Part shown: positions 50,761-63,929 of the stretch, piece after piece
How positions within the stretch are numbered: position 1 is the first letter of the stretch
Layout of the letters: every line of letters starts with the position of its first letter
From: Callorhinchus milii
Taxonomy: Eukaryota
Assembly (NCBI RefSeq): GCF_018977255.1
Contig: NW_024704743.1
Span: forward strand, 7,752,001-7,816,000
Length of the DNA: 64,000 bases
Direction: 5' to 3'
Program-made: the position numbers and the translations under genes
Notes under the pieces: model-generated
Told to the model about the DNA's origin: nothing
The model's input: the letters and a program-made list of their open reading frames with translations, nothing else
The model's database searches: none

Positions 50761-51042
50761 ACATTGTTTCATTGCATTCCATAAGTGATGGCATTGTTCA
50801 TGTGTTAGCAGTGGTGGCCAATCTTTTTGGTTGACCAATAAAGTGAATTTTCTTGATTCCATATTTCTTGATTTATGCCATAAATCTCTGAGAAACCACT
50901 AAGTGTAAACACACTTAGACGAACACAGATTTACGTAGACTAGTGCGAATGTTCGGGTGGTGGGGGGGTGAGACGTTTCTTGACAGCCCTGCGAGCTGCT
51001 TCTAGCCAGTGAGCAATGGTTTGGCCCCCACTGCCATATAGG

Positions 51043-51341
51043 TAATAATAATAAATAATAATAATCCTTGCATTTGATATTGTCTCAAAGCGCTTCACAG
51101 AATATACTATAAAGTGAATTGACTATATTTGTGGGCAAAACGCAGCAGCCAATTGCGCACAGCAGTGTCCCACAAACAGTCATGGATTGAAAATGACCAA
51201 TTTATTATTGTTGTTTTGGAGGGATTATTATTAGGCGTGTGGAGTAAGGAAACTTGTCCAAGGTTTTGCCCTGCCTGGAATTGAACTCAGTTGTCTCGCT
51301 TGCAAGGCAAGTGCTCTAACCACTGAGCTACAGGACTCCAC
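51043..51341 (-). mobile_element. tRNA-derived SINE (same family)
   Basis: head and tail match 20573-20898; aggta on both flanks. Confidence 0.85.
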
Positions 51342-51687
51342 AGGTATCAAGGTATGAGAGACACAGTGACTCTCCCAGACGTTGACTCTCACTGGCAGTT
51401 TCCTAAATAACAAATATGAAACGGGATTTTCAAAAGTAATAGTCAAACCACTTTACGGTGCACCCTGTGAAGTGCTTTGAGACGTCTCGACAACGTGATA
51501 AGGCGCTGTATCAAATGCAGGGATTAATCTGGTTAAACGTTCTGGCTGCAGGAAAAGGTCAGTTGAGTTCCCCATGTGCGGCTTGCTCAGTTCAGCCAAA
51601 GTCTGTGATTTACATCAACATCTGTCGTCACAACGTACGCCATGCAATAAATACTTAATGTATCTGATCTCTTTTCCCCCCTCACAG

Positions 51688-51842
51688 TTGGTAAAAGACA
51701 GAAGTTTGAGCTATCGCGCTCCACGGTGGCCGGGAAGGAGAAATGTGCGTACTACTTCTGGCAGGGACGACACTCCACAGTCAGTGAGAAAGGGACTTCG
51801 GCTCTTATGACTGTGGAGCTTGATGAGGAGCGTGGAGCCCAT
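51688..51842 (+). CDS. SVIL: SVIL exon (155 nt, phase 1-0) VGKRQK...[37 protein letters not shown]
   Basis: ctcacag acceptor, cat|gtgagt donor. Confidence 0.95.
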
Positions 51843-52239
51843 GTGAGTCTCCAGTGACTGTCCAACTGTGCCACCCGGAAACCATGTGAAGTGTGTGTGT
51901 GAGCGTTCGCCTGTGTGTGGTGGGGGTTATAGTTTACTGATGTAGCACAGAACATAAGAGTTGCACCCCCGAGAGTTCTTTTTAAGCAAAATATATATTT
52001 AACAAGTGCACAAAAATTTCCCATCACAGGAAAAAAAACGCAATATGTCCGTAAAATATTACAAGCCCGCCCCCTTGTGGCAGGAGGACGCCTCTGCCAC
52101 ACTCCACTCAGGTAGAAAGTACCAGGCCTCCCCACCTTGGGGTTTTGCTGCCCTTTATCCGCAAGGCACAGTGCCATGTGTTATCTATAGGCCGGTGACC
52201 CACTATTCCCCTTCTGTTCCCTCCATCCAAGAAATAAAA

Positions 52240-52436
52240 AAGAATAATAATAATGTGGTCACTCAATCCACGACTGTCTGTGGGACGCTACTGTGTGTAA
52301 TTGGCTGCCGCGTTTATCCCACAAAATATACAGTCAATTCGCTTTACAGTATATCCTGTGAAGCGCTTTGAGATGTCTCGAAGACATGATAAGGCGCTAT
52401 ATCAAATGCAAGGATTATTATAATTATTATTATTAT
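52240..52436 (+). mobile_element. SINE 3' half
   Basis: ggtcactcaatccacgactg...gcgctatatcaaatgcaaggattatt. Confidence 0.8.
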
Positions 52437-53567
52437 AGGGAGCCCCAGATGTGCATTGTCAGACGCTCTTTGGTTATGTGGTGAGCACCCCTGTGTACAC
52501 TATATAACATATACACACAAACATTGTTTGGGGACGCATAAAAGTTGCCCTCCTACACGTTTGGCTTCAGTGAGTGTTTTGTGAATTCCCAACTAAACCT
52601 TGCTAATATTCCTCCAGGTGGAGGTGGTGTCATTGAGAACCACAGACCAAGATCTTTTGTTTTACAGAAGCGATTCTTCCAAATCTGGGACCAAGCTTTT
52701 TGTTAACCTATTTTGACTCGGTTTGTAGCCTATTTCGAAACCCTAAAAAAGGAAAAAGTTGCGGTCGTGTCGTTGAGTTTGAATTGCTGTCAGATCGGTA
52801 CCGGAGAGACATTAACAATAGTGCAGGCAGGCTTTAACTGCCGATAGGGGATCCCTCGTTTTTATTTCATTGTACTTGTCATTTTCACTGCCCTGTCGTC
52901 CAGGTGTGCAGACATACTTGGCATTTAAACTGACAGCTTATTCACTTGATGGATTGGAAAAATGAAACTTATTTAAAAAAGTGAGCTGTGGAAATTTGGC
53001 AGCCATTTTGCTTATGGCAGCAGCTGTTTTCAGACGTGTGCAATAGCTGTGTAATGCACCTCGTAACACTTTCCAGATTGGCTGGAGCTCTTGTGAGATA
53101 TCAGATGTGCCACACTGGGAGATGTCCGTGGGGTTGTGATTTACGAGGGTCGGGTGCAATTGGTTCATCCTACAATGGGCTTTTTTATATTAAAAAATGG
53201 CAACCAGGTGTTCGCGTTTTTTAGATAAATCGAGGATTATGTTTAAGGATTACAGCGATGGATTATGCTGTGCAATAAAAATGTAAAGTATTGTAATCAT
53301 AATAGTCAAATATTCCTTGCATTTGATATACAACCTTTCAGGTCAAGATGACATCTCAAAGCGCTTCACAGGATTTTGCTGTAAAGTGCTGTGGCTGTGT
53401 GTTCTCGCAGACAAACACAACAGCCAATTTGCACACAGTAACGTCGCACAAGCAGCCATGAAGTTAATGAGCAATTTTATCTGAGGGAGGATTGTTGGCG
53501 AGAACACTGGGGAAAGCTCCTTCTCCTTTCCAGCAGTAAAGTTTCAGACACACCAAGCAGGTCAGGA

Positions 53568-53734
53568 AGGCACAGGTTTAAGATGATGAAAGGAAGGTTT
53601 CAGACAGACACCGGGAGCTATTTCTTTACACTAAGGGTAACTGACAACTGGAATGGGGTTACCATGGAAGATGGTAGAGGCCAGAACATTGGATATGTTT
53701 AATAAACCACGTGATCCTATAATGGGAATTCATT
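53568..53734 (+). mobile_element. CR1 LINE ORF2 C-terminal fragment
   Basis: translates RHRFKMMKGRFQTDTGSYFFTLRVTDNWNG/LPWKMVEA (one frameshift), typical CR1 ORF2 end. Confidence 0.7.
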
Positions 53735-54502
53735 AGGTATGAGAAGGCACTGGGTAGGGTAGGTATGAGAAGGCACTGGGTAGGGTAGGTATGAGAAGGC
53801 ACTGGGTAGGGTAGGTATGAGAAGGCACTGGGTAGGGTAGGTATGAGAAGGCACTGGGTAGGGTAGGTATGAGAAGGCACTGGGTAGGGTAGGTATGAGA
53901 AGGCACTGGGTATGGTAGCTATGAGAGGGCACTGGGTAGGGTAGGTATGAGAGGGCACTGGGTAGGGTAGCTATGAGAAGGCACTGGGTAGGGTAGGTAT
54001 GAGAAGGCACTGGGTAGGGTAGGTATGAGAGGGCACTGGGTAGGGTAGGTATGAGAAGGCACTGGGTAGGGTAGGTATGAGAGGGCACTGGGTAGGGTAG
54101 GTATGAGAGGGCACTGGGTAGGGTAGCTATGAGAAGGCACTGGGTAGGGTAGGTATGAGAAGGCACTGGGTAGGGTAGGTATGAGAGGGCACTGGGTAGG
54201 GTAGGTATGAGAGGGCACTGGGTAGGGTAGGTATGAGAGGGCACCGGGTAGGGTAGGTATGAGAAGGCACTGGGTAGGGTAGGTATGAGAAGGCACTGAG
54301 TAGGGTAGGTATGAGAAGGCACTGGGTAGGGTAGGTATGAGAGGGCACTGGGTAGGGTAGGTATGAGAAGGCACTGGGTAGGGTAGGTATGAGAAGGCAC
54401 TGGGTAGGGTAGGTATGAGAAGGCACTGAGTAGGGTAGGTATGAGAGGGCACTGGGTAGGGTAGGTATGAGAGGGCACTGGGTAGGGTAGGTATGAGAAG
54501 GC
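53735..54502. repeat. Minisatellite, 26-bp unit AGGTATGAGA(A/G)GGCACTGGGTAGGGT, about 29.5 copies
   Basis: directly visible tandem array with a few variant units. Confidence 0.97.
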
Positions 54503-55578
54503 GGGCTGGAGAGAGAATGTGTGTGTGTGTGTGTTGGGGGGAGGGGAGTGGTCTCACTGCCATGTAAATGATGTATGGGTGGGGAATGGATGGAAGAGGA
54601 TCTCATTGTTGTGTGAATTGAGTGTGAGTATGGGGGGGACTTTACTGACGAGTGAATGGAGTGTGTGAGTGTGGGGGAGGTATCACTGCCATGTGAATGG
54701 GGCGGGGAGGGGTGAGGATTGTTACCACTTGCTCTCTTTTGAAAGATCTGATGGCCATTGAGGCGACCCTGGAAATATCAAGTCCTTTCATCATTGGTGG
54801 GCGAGCCCCCCCGTACCCCCACCCCCCACGAGCGCACTCCTAAAACCCCTCTACCTCGCCCCTTTCCTCTCTGCTTTCAAATCCCGCTTGATGCCCGACA
54901 TTCAGCTGCCTGTTTTCTCCCCAAACACCTCAGGCTCCCGTTCAGCCTCTGTTAAGTATTTTAAAGTTCCCTCAAGCTCCACCACTGCTTAGCACTCTGA
55001 GATGCTATCCATGTGAAGGGCGCTTCTAAATGCAAGTTGTTATTGCTTTCTCAAACACGAAAAGCACTATGTAAGTGCCAATTATTCTTATTGTTGTTTA
55101 CTTCCAGTTTCAGTGCGCTAGAGAATAAGTGTTAGTTTATTAATGACCCCACTAGAATAAATTATTCTTTCTGCCCCACATGACTACTACTGCAATATCG
55201 CTTTACTCCCAGCAGTATAAAAGCAGCATAAACCAATCTAATAAAATAGCCAGGCATGTTTGGCGGGCTGAATGGTTGCTCCCTTCCCGCTACTAAAAAA
55301 GTAGTATAAAAAATATTAATTAAAAAAAAGAGTTCAGTTAATGGTTTTAGCTTCTTCAATGAAGTCTGCAGTCAGGTTGGTTTAGTATATGAGCAGCTGC
55401 ATTTATATTCTCCTTGAACTATAATCCCTTTCTGATTGTTGCAAAGTGATAGAAGTGTAGCTGTTGGTAAAGTGAAGGGAAGTGTTGATCGCTGATCCCG
55501 CGAGCGGGCCTGATTGTGGGACCAAACACGATATCCTCAGTTTGGTCTTTTGTTATTTGATGTTATTTGTCTTTCCAG

Positions 55579-55684
55579 GTCCAGGTGCTGCAGGGCAAAG
55601 AGCTACCGTGCTTTCTGCAGCTGTTCCAGGGAGGGATGATCGTACACGCCGGGAAAAGGGAGGAGGAAGAGGAAAGCTCACAAA
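55579..55684 (+). CDS. SVIL: SVIL exon (106 nt, phase 0-1) [35 protein letters not shown]
   Basis: ctttccag acceptor, aaa|gtaaaa donor. Confidence 0.93.
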
Positions 55685-56103
55685 GTAAAATCTTCTCTCC
55701 CGCTTCTTTAGAGATGTTGAATGTTCGTGCAGAGACTGTCCCTCTGTGTGGGTTGACCAACGCCTTGGCGACGGCCCTGAGGTCCCAATCTTAGTACCAA
55801 ACGCGTCCAAAACAAAATCTAGCATTTAGCTTGATTTTATTCAAAGCATTTTCTCGCCCACTAATGCTCCTCTTTCAACACAGGACCTTTTGTCTGAATT
55901 TCATTTCATTGCGAGTCTATTTAGCAATGGCAATTTGGATTCTATTTGCCTCCTGAGAGTTGAAGGTTGCTGAGAAGAGACTCGCTAGCTCCCCATGTAA
56001 ATGTAAATTGAACAACTCACAGGATCTTAAGATTGGTTTGGATGAAGAAGACTCTTAGGTAGGGTGCCCATATGCCAGGAAAAGGGAGGAAGAAGAGGGC
56101 CCA

Positions 56104-56869
56104 TGGAGTCCTGTAGCTCAGCAATTAGAGCACTCATCTCGCAAGCGAGAGACCTGGGTTTGATTCCCGGGTAAGGGCGAAACGTTGGGCAGGTTTCCTT
56201 ACTCCACACGCCTCTGTTTACCTAGCAGTCAGTAGGAACCCGATTGTTAGTCGATTGGTAGGATCGCTTTTCCTGGGGTAATCGTTCCTTCAAAATGAAG
56301 GTCACTTCATGACTTTGTGGGACACTGTTCTCTGGGGAGGACAAGTTTGCAGTGCTATGGGGAGAGCGCGAGGGAGTGGGATTGATTTGGAAGCTCTTTT
56401 CAAAGAGCCGGCACAGACACGATGAGCCGAATGGCCTCCTTCTGTGCTGTATAATTCTATGACTGCTGTGTGCAATTGGCTACTGCAATTCGCCCACAAA
56501 ATATACAGTCAATTCACTTGAATGCAATCTGATAGCAGGTAACAAAAGGCAGAGACAGCAGAACGAAGGAGTGGCAAAATGTGAAGCATGCAGGTGAAAC
56601 ATGTTTGTGCAGCTGGAAGCAAAACTAGGCTCAAAGCTGGAAAAGAACTCAAGTGCAGCAAAACAGATCATTTATCATGAAGCTACTTGTTGAGATTAGG
56701 GACAACATCATCATTCAACTTTACGAAGGGGAACTTTACTCTCTTCATAAAATCTAGTCATTCAGGCCCATTAAATACAGTCAATTCACTTTACAGTATT
56801 CTTTGAAGTGCTTTGAGATGTCTCGAAGATGTGATAAGGTGCTATATCAAATGCAAGGATTATTATTAT
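56104..56869 (+). mobile_element. Composite SINE: tRNA head, nested CR1 tail (56328-56461), captured 250-bp segment (56524-56774), SINE tail
   Basis: parts identified by comparison with other copies in the window. Confidence 0.8.
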
Positions 56870-58880
56870 GTTAAGTGTTCCATATGACACCTTCTTCTCC
56901 CAATAGTCCCCGGATGAGGTATTGTGTCTCGAGTCAGCACAAATTGAGCATAACCGTCATCTAGGCTTGTTTTGTGGCCTTCCAGAAATTTATCAAAACT
57001 TACAAAATTGACTTACAGTTGAAATCAAGAAAACGAATTCTGAATGGGGTGCCGAATAGTGAAGTTAGTGCAAAAAATATTGGCAGCGATTTGTGGTAAA
57101 ATGTAGAGAAACGAAGAGCTCAAGTTATCGTCTGAATGCAAACATCAATGGCTATTTTACTAAATTGCCCATTGGTGTCAGTCTCCTTTAGCCACCAAAT
57201 CCTGTTGGGTGCGATGCTGATTTTCCCCCCTTTAAATGCTGTCAAAAAGCAGGCGTGCCTAAGGACAGGTATTGCAAGGAATGGCAAGCACAGCATACAA
57301 TCTCCTGCTCCCCATATATTGTATTCATTTCATGTACTTCAGAAGGATGAACGGTTATGTGAAACCTGCCAAGATTCGTGCTGAGCTCCCTCTCCACTAG
57401 AGTATGTTTGTTTTAGTCAGCCAAATGTCTGACAAGTATGGAAACTCGTATTAATTCTTCAGAGTATCCAAACTAGACAGAGACATATGCATGCCGTTTA
57501 TGCATGAAAATTTCCATGTATCGGGAATAGGATGTGTGCTGTCTCCCAGGAGGGACGCACCCTGCTTACCTAATTCTGGAAAGTATTAGGTGTAGGTTGG
57601 CAAGGCCGAGGCTAGGCTCCCCAGTGTGTGTATTGGAGTAAAGCTGGAATTTAACCAGCCCAAATCACATGCCTTGTTGTTGAGAGCATTGTCTGGAAAG
57701 TTTCCTGCTGTATGTCCACCTAGGACTAAACTACCCATTAGTGCTTTGTCTTGCAGGGTTAATGAGAACCGGGATGAAACTGTTCCCCCATTGACCAGTT
57801 TGCCCCTCCAAATCCTACTTACAAGCCAAGCTGACTTGTCTTGATATCAGTAGTAACCTGGAGTACTGTGGTAAGCAGGGTGGATCCCTCCAGGGAGAGA
57901 GTGCACATTCCATTCCATCTACCTCGGTTTGATGTTGGTTCAGAAACCAACTACTGAGACTTCCACAAAGGGTCAACTCAATTCTGATGCTCAGCTGCCA
58001 AGCCTATCAGCTTGGAGCCAGCTCAGCTCCAAAGAGACCTTGTTTACCATCCCTCCCACCTGGAGGAGAATTGCTAGTTGGTCATTTGACATCCAACAGG
58101 TGCAGCTCGAGACAAAACTCAATGGATGGCTTCTTGGGGAACGGCACATGAAATGTGCAAATTGGCATTATCCTCCTACCTACAGCGCTAACACGTTCCA
58201 ATGAGTAATGTTTCTACCAGTTAGAAGTGCAGAGCTTCAGCATCAGCTGCTTATCTCTGTACATACCATAATGAGTATGGTCTTGGATGCTGGTGAAGTC
58301 TAGTTACAATCACTGCCAATGGGTTATTTCTTAGGAACAATAGTGCAGTAAACTAAGGAAATTAGTTAGAATGAGTTACCCTTTTTCAAAGAAATATGGG
58401 AAAAAAAACACTTAAAAATAAAATGGAGCCACAGCCTAAAATAACAACTAGGTATTGAAAATGATGTACAGTAAGTCAGGACATAAGCCGGTGTTCCTAG
58501 TTGACACTCCAGTATAGTACTGCAGGAGCATTGCATTGTTGGAGATGATCTCTTTCAAATGAAACATCAAACCGAGGGACAGTCTGCCTGTTAAGGTAGA
58601 TGTTAAACATCCCGTGGCCCCAATCAAAAAGAGAAGGGAGGTTCTCCTGGTGTCCTAGTCAACAATTCCTCAGATAAATCAATCGTTCACCTCGTGAGTG
58701 TTTGTGGGTCAGCATATAGACCGTTTTGTGCTCAGGAACAAGAGCATAGAAACCAACAGTTCAGTTTTAATGAAGTGTAATGCCGCAAAGTATTTACAAA
58801 TTTTTTTTTGATTTTCGACTCTCAGCTGCAAATGAAACACGCACTGCTTACAATGTACTTTCTGCTACTGCCCTCTGTAG

Positions 58881-59088
58881 GTGACTGGAGGCTGTACTGC
58901 GTAAGAGGAGAGCTTCCTCTGGAAGGAAACCTGCTTGAAGTGGCTTGCCATTGCAGCAGCCTCAGATCCAGAACGTCTATGATTCTACTCAATGTAAACA
59001 AGGCTCTTATCTACCTCTGGCACGGCTGCAAAGCACAGACCCACACTAAGGACGTGGGAAGGAATGCGGCAAATAAAATTAAAGAACT
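58881..59088 (+). CDS. SVIL: SVIL exon (208 nt, phase 1-2) [33 protein letters not shown]...AANKIKEL
   Basis: ctctgtag acceptor, act|gtaagt donor. Confidence 0.95.
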
Positions 59089-61754
59089 GTAAGTAACGTG
59101 CAACTGGATAGGAGGAGGTACAGTGACGGCCAGTGCTGTGTGTTCCCTCGAGTTTATTTTTCTCTCTGTTTTAAGTGTTTAAGATTGGATTGAAATTAGT
59201 GTTTGAGACCACTGCATATGTAATGCAGCCTTTACTACCTGGTAAATAATTGTACTTAACGGTGTGGGTTTGTGTGACCTTTTCGGAATACACCCAGAAA
59301 CATTATACAGGTTGATGACACCACAGGAAGTACATATTTCAGTCTTGCTCTCCTCGATAGGTGACCTTTTAGGATAACTTGCAATTGGTAAATTTGGTCT
59401 TAGTTTCTCAGGAAACTGACTTTTACGCTTCTATTCAGCTGCAGTTTCCCTTCACCCACTCACATTCAGCAAAATGACCAGAGTGTTAACTCTTTAACAC
59501 TTTCCGTTTTGCGAAGAGGTGAAAAGTCATTGTGTGCAAACTCATTCTCTGCTGATGTTGCATTTGAATCACTGTATCTGGCAACTGCACAGAAAATGGT
59601 GAGGTTTTTACCAATGGGAGAAAGTCAATGTTGCGTGCTCCGTTAAACTTTCCATTCGAGATGAGAATGCCCGTGGGTTGACTGACCATCATTTGGAAAG
59701 TGTGCTTTCAATCAGATTTATTTTTAAACGCTATATTTTTCGTATCTTACTCTTGCTGTACTAAAAACAACTCAGTTCTCGGGTACTGTTCCATAGGTAC
59801 TTGTTCTTAACCTTGAGATTATTGCCTTAAAATTGCCTCTTGTTATCAATAATCGCTTCAAGTGCATATGCATTGCCTGTCAGAGAAATGTGCAAGACCG
59901 GAAAAGACGTTTGACGCCTTTCTGGCTGGCTACAAATTTAAAAAAAGAATAGCTCTACTTAAGAATTTTAAGAAAAATTAAACTTAATGTGCGAACGTAA
60001 TCGATAAAGTGTAACTTTTACACAATTTTTGTGATGCGCGAGCGTGCGTGCAAATTCTTGCCGGATTTCAGAACATTTTAAAATTCGGTCTTGATTTGAA
60101 AACCCTGTTTCCACAGGTCTTTTTAGAGTCTCTGACAAATCTGCCTTGTAAATTAGGACTGAATTTTAAGATTTTCCAACATTCTGAACCACCTTGAATT
60201 CAAGGAAGGCTAAGACTAGGCAGAATTTTAGGCTGTCTAGTATCTTGCCTTGCGCAAACAGGCTGCCGGGCTTCGCCCGCAAAATACGGTCAATCCAATT
60301 TACAGTATATCCTGTGAAATGCTCTGAGATATTTCGATAGGGCGATGAAATGCTATATCAAATGCAAAGATTATTATTGTCCAGTGGCCGTTCTTGGACA
60401 CGTACAGACAGTATGTTTTGGTAGGTTCCTGTACTCCAGGCATTACAGCAGCACAGGGTCAGATGAGTCCTCAATTGACTTCTTCACACACACGCTTTCC
60501 ATCAGCTCAGGTGGTGACCACGAGTGGGAACCCTGACTGACAGTTCTCTTCTCTTTGCCCCCCTCCCCCCAACCCAGCAAACCAGTTGTAGTACCATAAA
60601 TACCATAAATGTGGTTCATACAGTATCAGCTAACTCACTGCAGACTTGGGTTCAAATCTGGTTCAGTTATGTTCCAGGCACCAACTGACCTGTGCAATGA
60701 GCATGTCTTTGCAGGAGCTCACCCTAAGCTCTCAGACCATCACACTGCCTCTGCTTTGATTTAAACTATATGAAAACGGATTTGCACACTGGAAAAGTAA
60801 TTTGCACAGCACTCAAATATCATTGGCAACAGACTACTGCGAGTCTCTTGCCTCATATTCTTTCCATAAGTAAAACCAGTGATGAAAAAGCACGGGTTGA
60901 GAGAATTAGTTCACGTTGTCAAAATATCTCAAAGCACTGCACAGCATTTACTGTCAAGTGTAATGATTTGTCTGTTTGTCGGTGAACGCTGCAGCCAATT
61001 TGAGTACGGCGGTGTCATCCCAGTTTTATTTGGAGGTGGGTGGGAGGAGGGGATTGTTTAACGTCTCATCTGAGAGACTTCACCTTCAACAATACAGCGC
61101 TGTACCCAACACTGTATTAGAGTGTCTGCCTAGGCAACTTTCAACACTGCCCCCGCCACCCCCCCCCCACCCCTCACCAGCAGAGCTAATCAGTCACCAT
61201 CTTGGAAATCCCTTAAGTGGAGATTGATAGTTGGAAGAACCGCTGGAAATAGCGAACACTGATAAGTGCTTCAAAATTTACAGGTTAATGAAAAATGAGC
61301 CCTTGGTCCTGCAAAGCAAATGATGCAAGAAGTGCCAGCATTTATAGCATCTGTTTTTTGCAGGGGAATACATGACTTGGATTTCAGATATTGTATGTGT
61401 ATTGGAGCAAAATAAATTCCGAAGTCCCGTGGCCAAATCTAAACCATCTGTGGCTCAAATAGCTCTATTAATTTCCCCAGATCCCCATTTGGGGGATTTT
61501 AAGATGACAAACTGGTCTGAAGAAGTAAAATTTATCCCTTGCGTGACCAGGGAGATATTCCCTGCCATGCTGTAATTCTCCCTAAAGTTGCATGAAAATA
61601 TTTTTTCAAACCAAACAAAGGAAACTCCTGCAATATTGTAAAGGCTCATTGGGTAACTAGAATAGCAAGACTAATCTTGCATTTTGTGTTGCAATTTGGG
61701 ACATCAATCACAAGAATGAATTTCTGTATAAGAATCGTAATTCATCAGAAACCC

Positions 61755-62297
61755 ATAAGAACATCAGAATTTGCTCAGCAAAAGACCAAGGTCCATCTAC
61801 TTTGCCTTCCACCATCCTAGCAGTCGCTTGACATGCATCCCAAACAATATACTGTATCCTGAGATATTATTTTGTAGCAGAAATCTCTCTTAATTTGTCC
61901 TTGAAAAAAATGATTGTTTCATAAGTTTACTACTCCCTCACTGAACTAGAGTTTCCCCAGATTTGCTCTGAATTTATTCCCCTTCAGTCGCAGGCCGTGT
62001 CCTCTGGTTCTACTGTTCAGTACAATATAAAACAGCTTGTCATGGTCTATATTATCTATTCCCTCAGAATCTTAAAGCCTGCGATCATATCGCCCTTCGA
62101 CCTTCTCTTCTCCAGTGTGAACATTCCCAGTTTATCTAATCGCTCCTCGTAGTCCAGTCCCTCCATCCCCTCAAATCATTTTGGTTGCCCTCCTCTGTAT
62201 CCTCTCAATCACTGCAAAGTCCTTTTTATGTTGCGGTGACCAGAACTACACACAGTATTCCAAGTGCGGTCGCACCAGTGATTTATAAAGTGGCAGA
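61755..62297 (-). mobile_element. CR1 LINE 3' fragment
   Basis: minus strand reads LYKSLVRPHLEYCV*FWSP...IERIQRRATKMI...YEERLDKLGMFTLEKRR...SRTRGH; ends in ttctgatgttcttatg tail. Confidence 0.88.
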
Positions 62298-62596
62298 TTA
62301 CCCCACTATTTCTGATCTCCAATAATGCGGTGAAGGCGGGGGGTTGGGTGGGAAGAGAGAGAATGCAATCATAAGGTTAGCAAAAGAGTCTATGTTATGT
62401 CCTTAATGATGATTTTGAGGATGAATTCTCTTTCCCTCCTCTATCCTTCTCTTCCCCCACACTCAAAATTTGGAGAATATGTTTCTACTTCCAGACCATT
62501 TAGAATAATAACAATATGAAGTATTTTTGTTGAAGCTATTGGAAGGTCACGTCACAGATGATAATCAATGTGTATGTTACTGCAGTCAACGTTTAA

Positions 62597-62767
<171 letters not shown>

Positions 62768-63773
62768 TAGCCCCAGACAACGATTTTAGTGGATCAGTAA
62801 AGAGTTCTTCCCTGCATTGTGTTCAGTGGTAGTAACATGTTTCATGTTTGGATCATGTGCAGGCACTTCAGAATGATGAGGGAATGATATTGTTTGGATA
62901 TTATAACTTGGATTTCTGAAAGTTTAAAGACATTGTGTTATTTTAAAATGCACAAGATGGTACACTTACCTACTTCAGATAACATGATTAAATGCCATTT
63001 GAGATCATAACCTTTAGTTTGTTGTCATAAGGCGGCAAGTAGGAAAATATAGGTGGTCATCAGATTACCGACCAGACTTAATTGAGGGATGAGACATTCC
63101 TTGGTTCAATACCAACCCAATTACTGATCAATTGGCCAATTTTGATTATCTTTCCCCTGCCCACCCTCTGCGGCTCCCACTTCCAGCTTGGGTGCCTCAC
63201 CAGGAGTGTTGAGCCCTTTGAGGTGCCTCTCGTTGTGAAATACACTATGGAAATATTATTTATAATGTAATTAGACTATGCTAACCTCCTACAATCTCCA
63301 TTACCTTCTTTGCAATCATGAATGCTGATCTGACCATTTTGGCCATTGTGCAATGGTGTGTGTATTAAACATTATCTTGATCTACACTGGTTATAGGTAA
63401 AGTGACAAACTGGGACTGTTTTCCATTAAACAACAGGTCAGGCTCAATGCTCAACCTGATGTAGTTGTTTTCCTTTCTCTTAAATGTAATGTAAGTATGA
63501 TCACTGATGTAAGTCTAAGTCAAATGCCCTGGGACGCTATCCTGCGTGAGGGGGCTATAAAATGTGCAAGTTGTTGTTATTGTTGTAAGTACAGTTTGCA
63601 ATTTACCAGTATCATATATATTATAGAGTCAAAATATGTTAGTCAAAATTCTACCTGGTCTCGGTCCTGTTTGTCAGATTGCTGGATTCTTCCAAAATCT
63701 CAGCAGCAGGAGGTAGACCTGTATATTTTGCTGGTGAGAACAAATACTGAACATGAAGTTTTTTTTATTGCAG

Positions 63774-63929
63774 ATCCTGGGAAATTTAACTTCACTCCTC
63801 GACTCTTTATTCTGAGTAGTTCATCCGGAGAGTTTGTTGCCACCGAGTACCTGTATCCTTCCCGAGATTCGGCCAAGGTCAACTCAATGCCGTTTTTGCA
63901 AGAGGATCTATACACGGCCCAACAGCCAG
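63774..63929 (+). CDS. SVIL: SVIL exon (156 nt, phase 1-1) [21 protein letters not shown]...[13 protein letters not shown]
   Basis: ttttattgcag acceptor, cag|gtcagt donor. Confidence 0.95.

Noticed and set aside
53735..54502. CRISPR-like array
   Set aside because: No unique spacers; contiguous tandem units in a vertebrate intron
53659..54606. Long minus-strand ORFs (up to 253 aa) with repeated PSHTYPTQC peptides
   Set aside because: Translation artefacts of the 26-bp minisatellite
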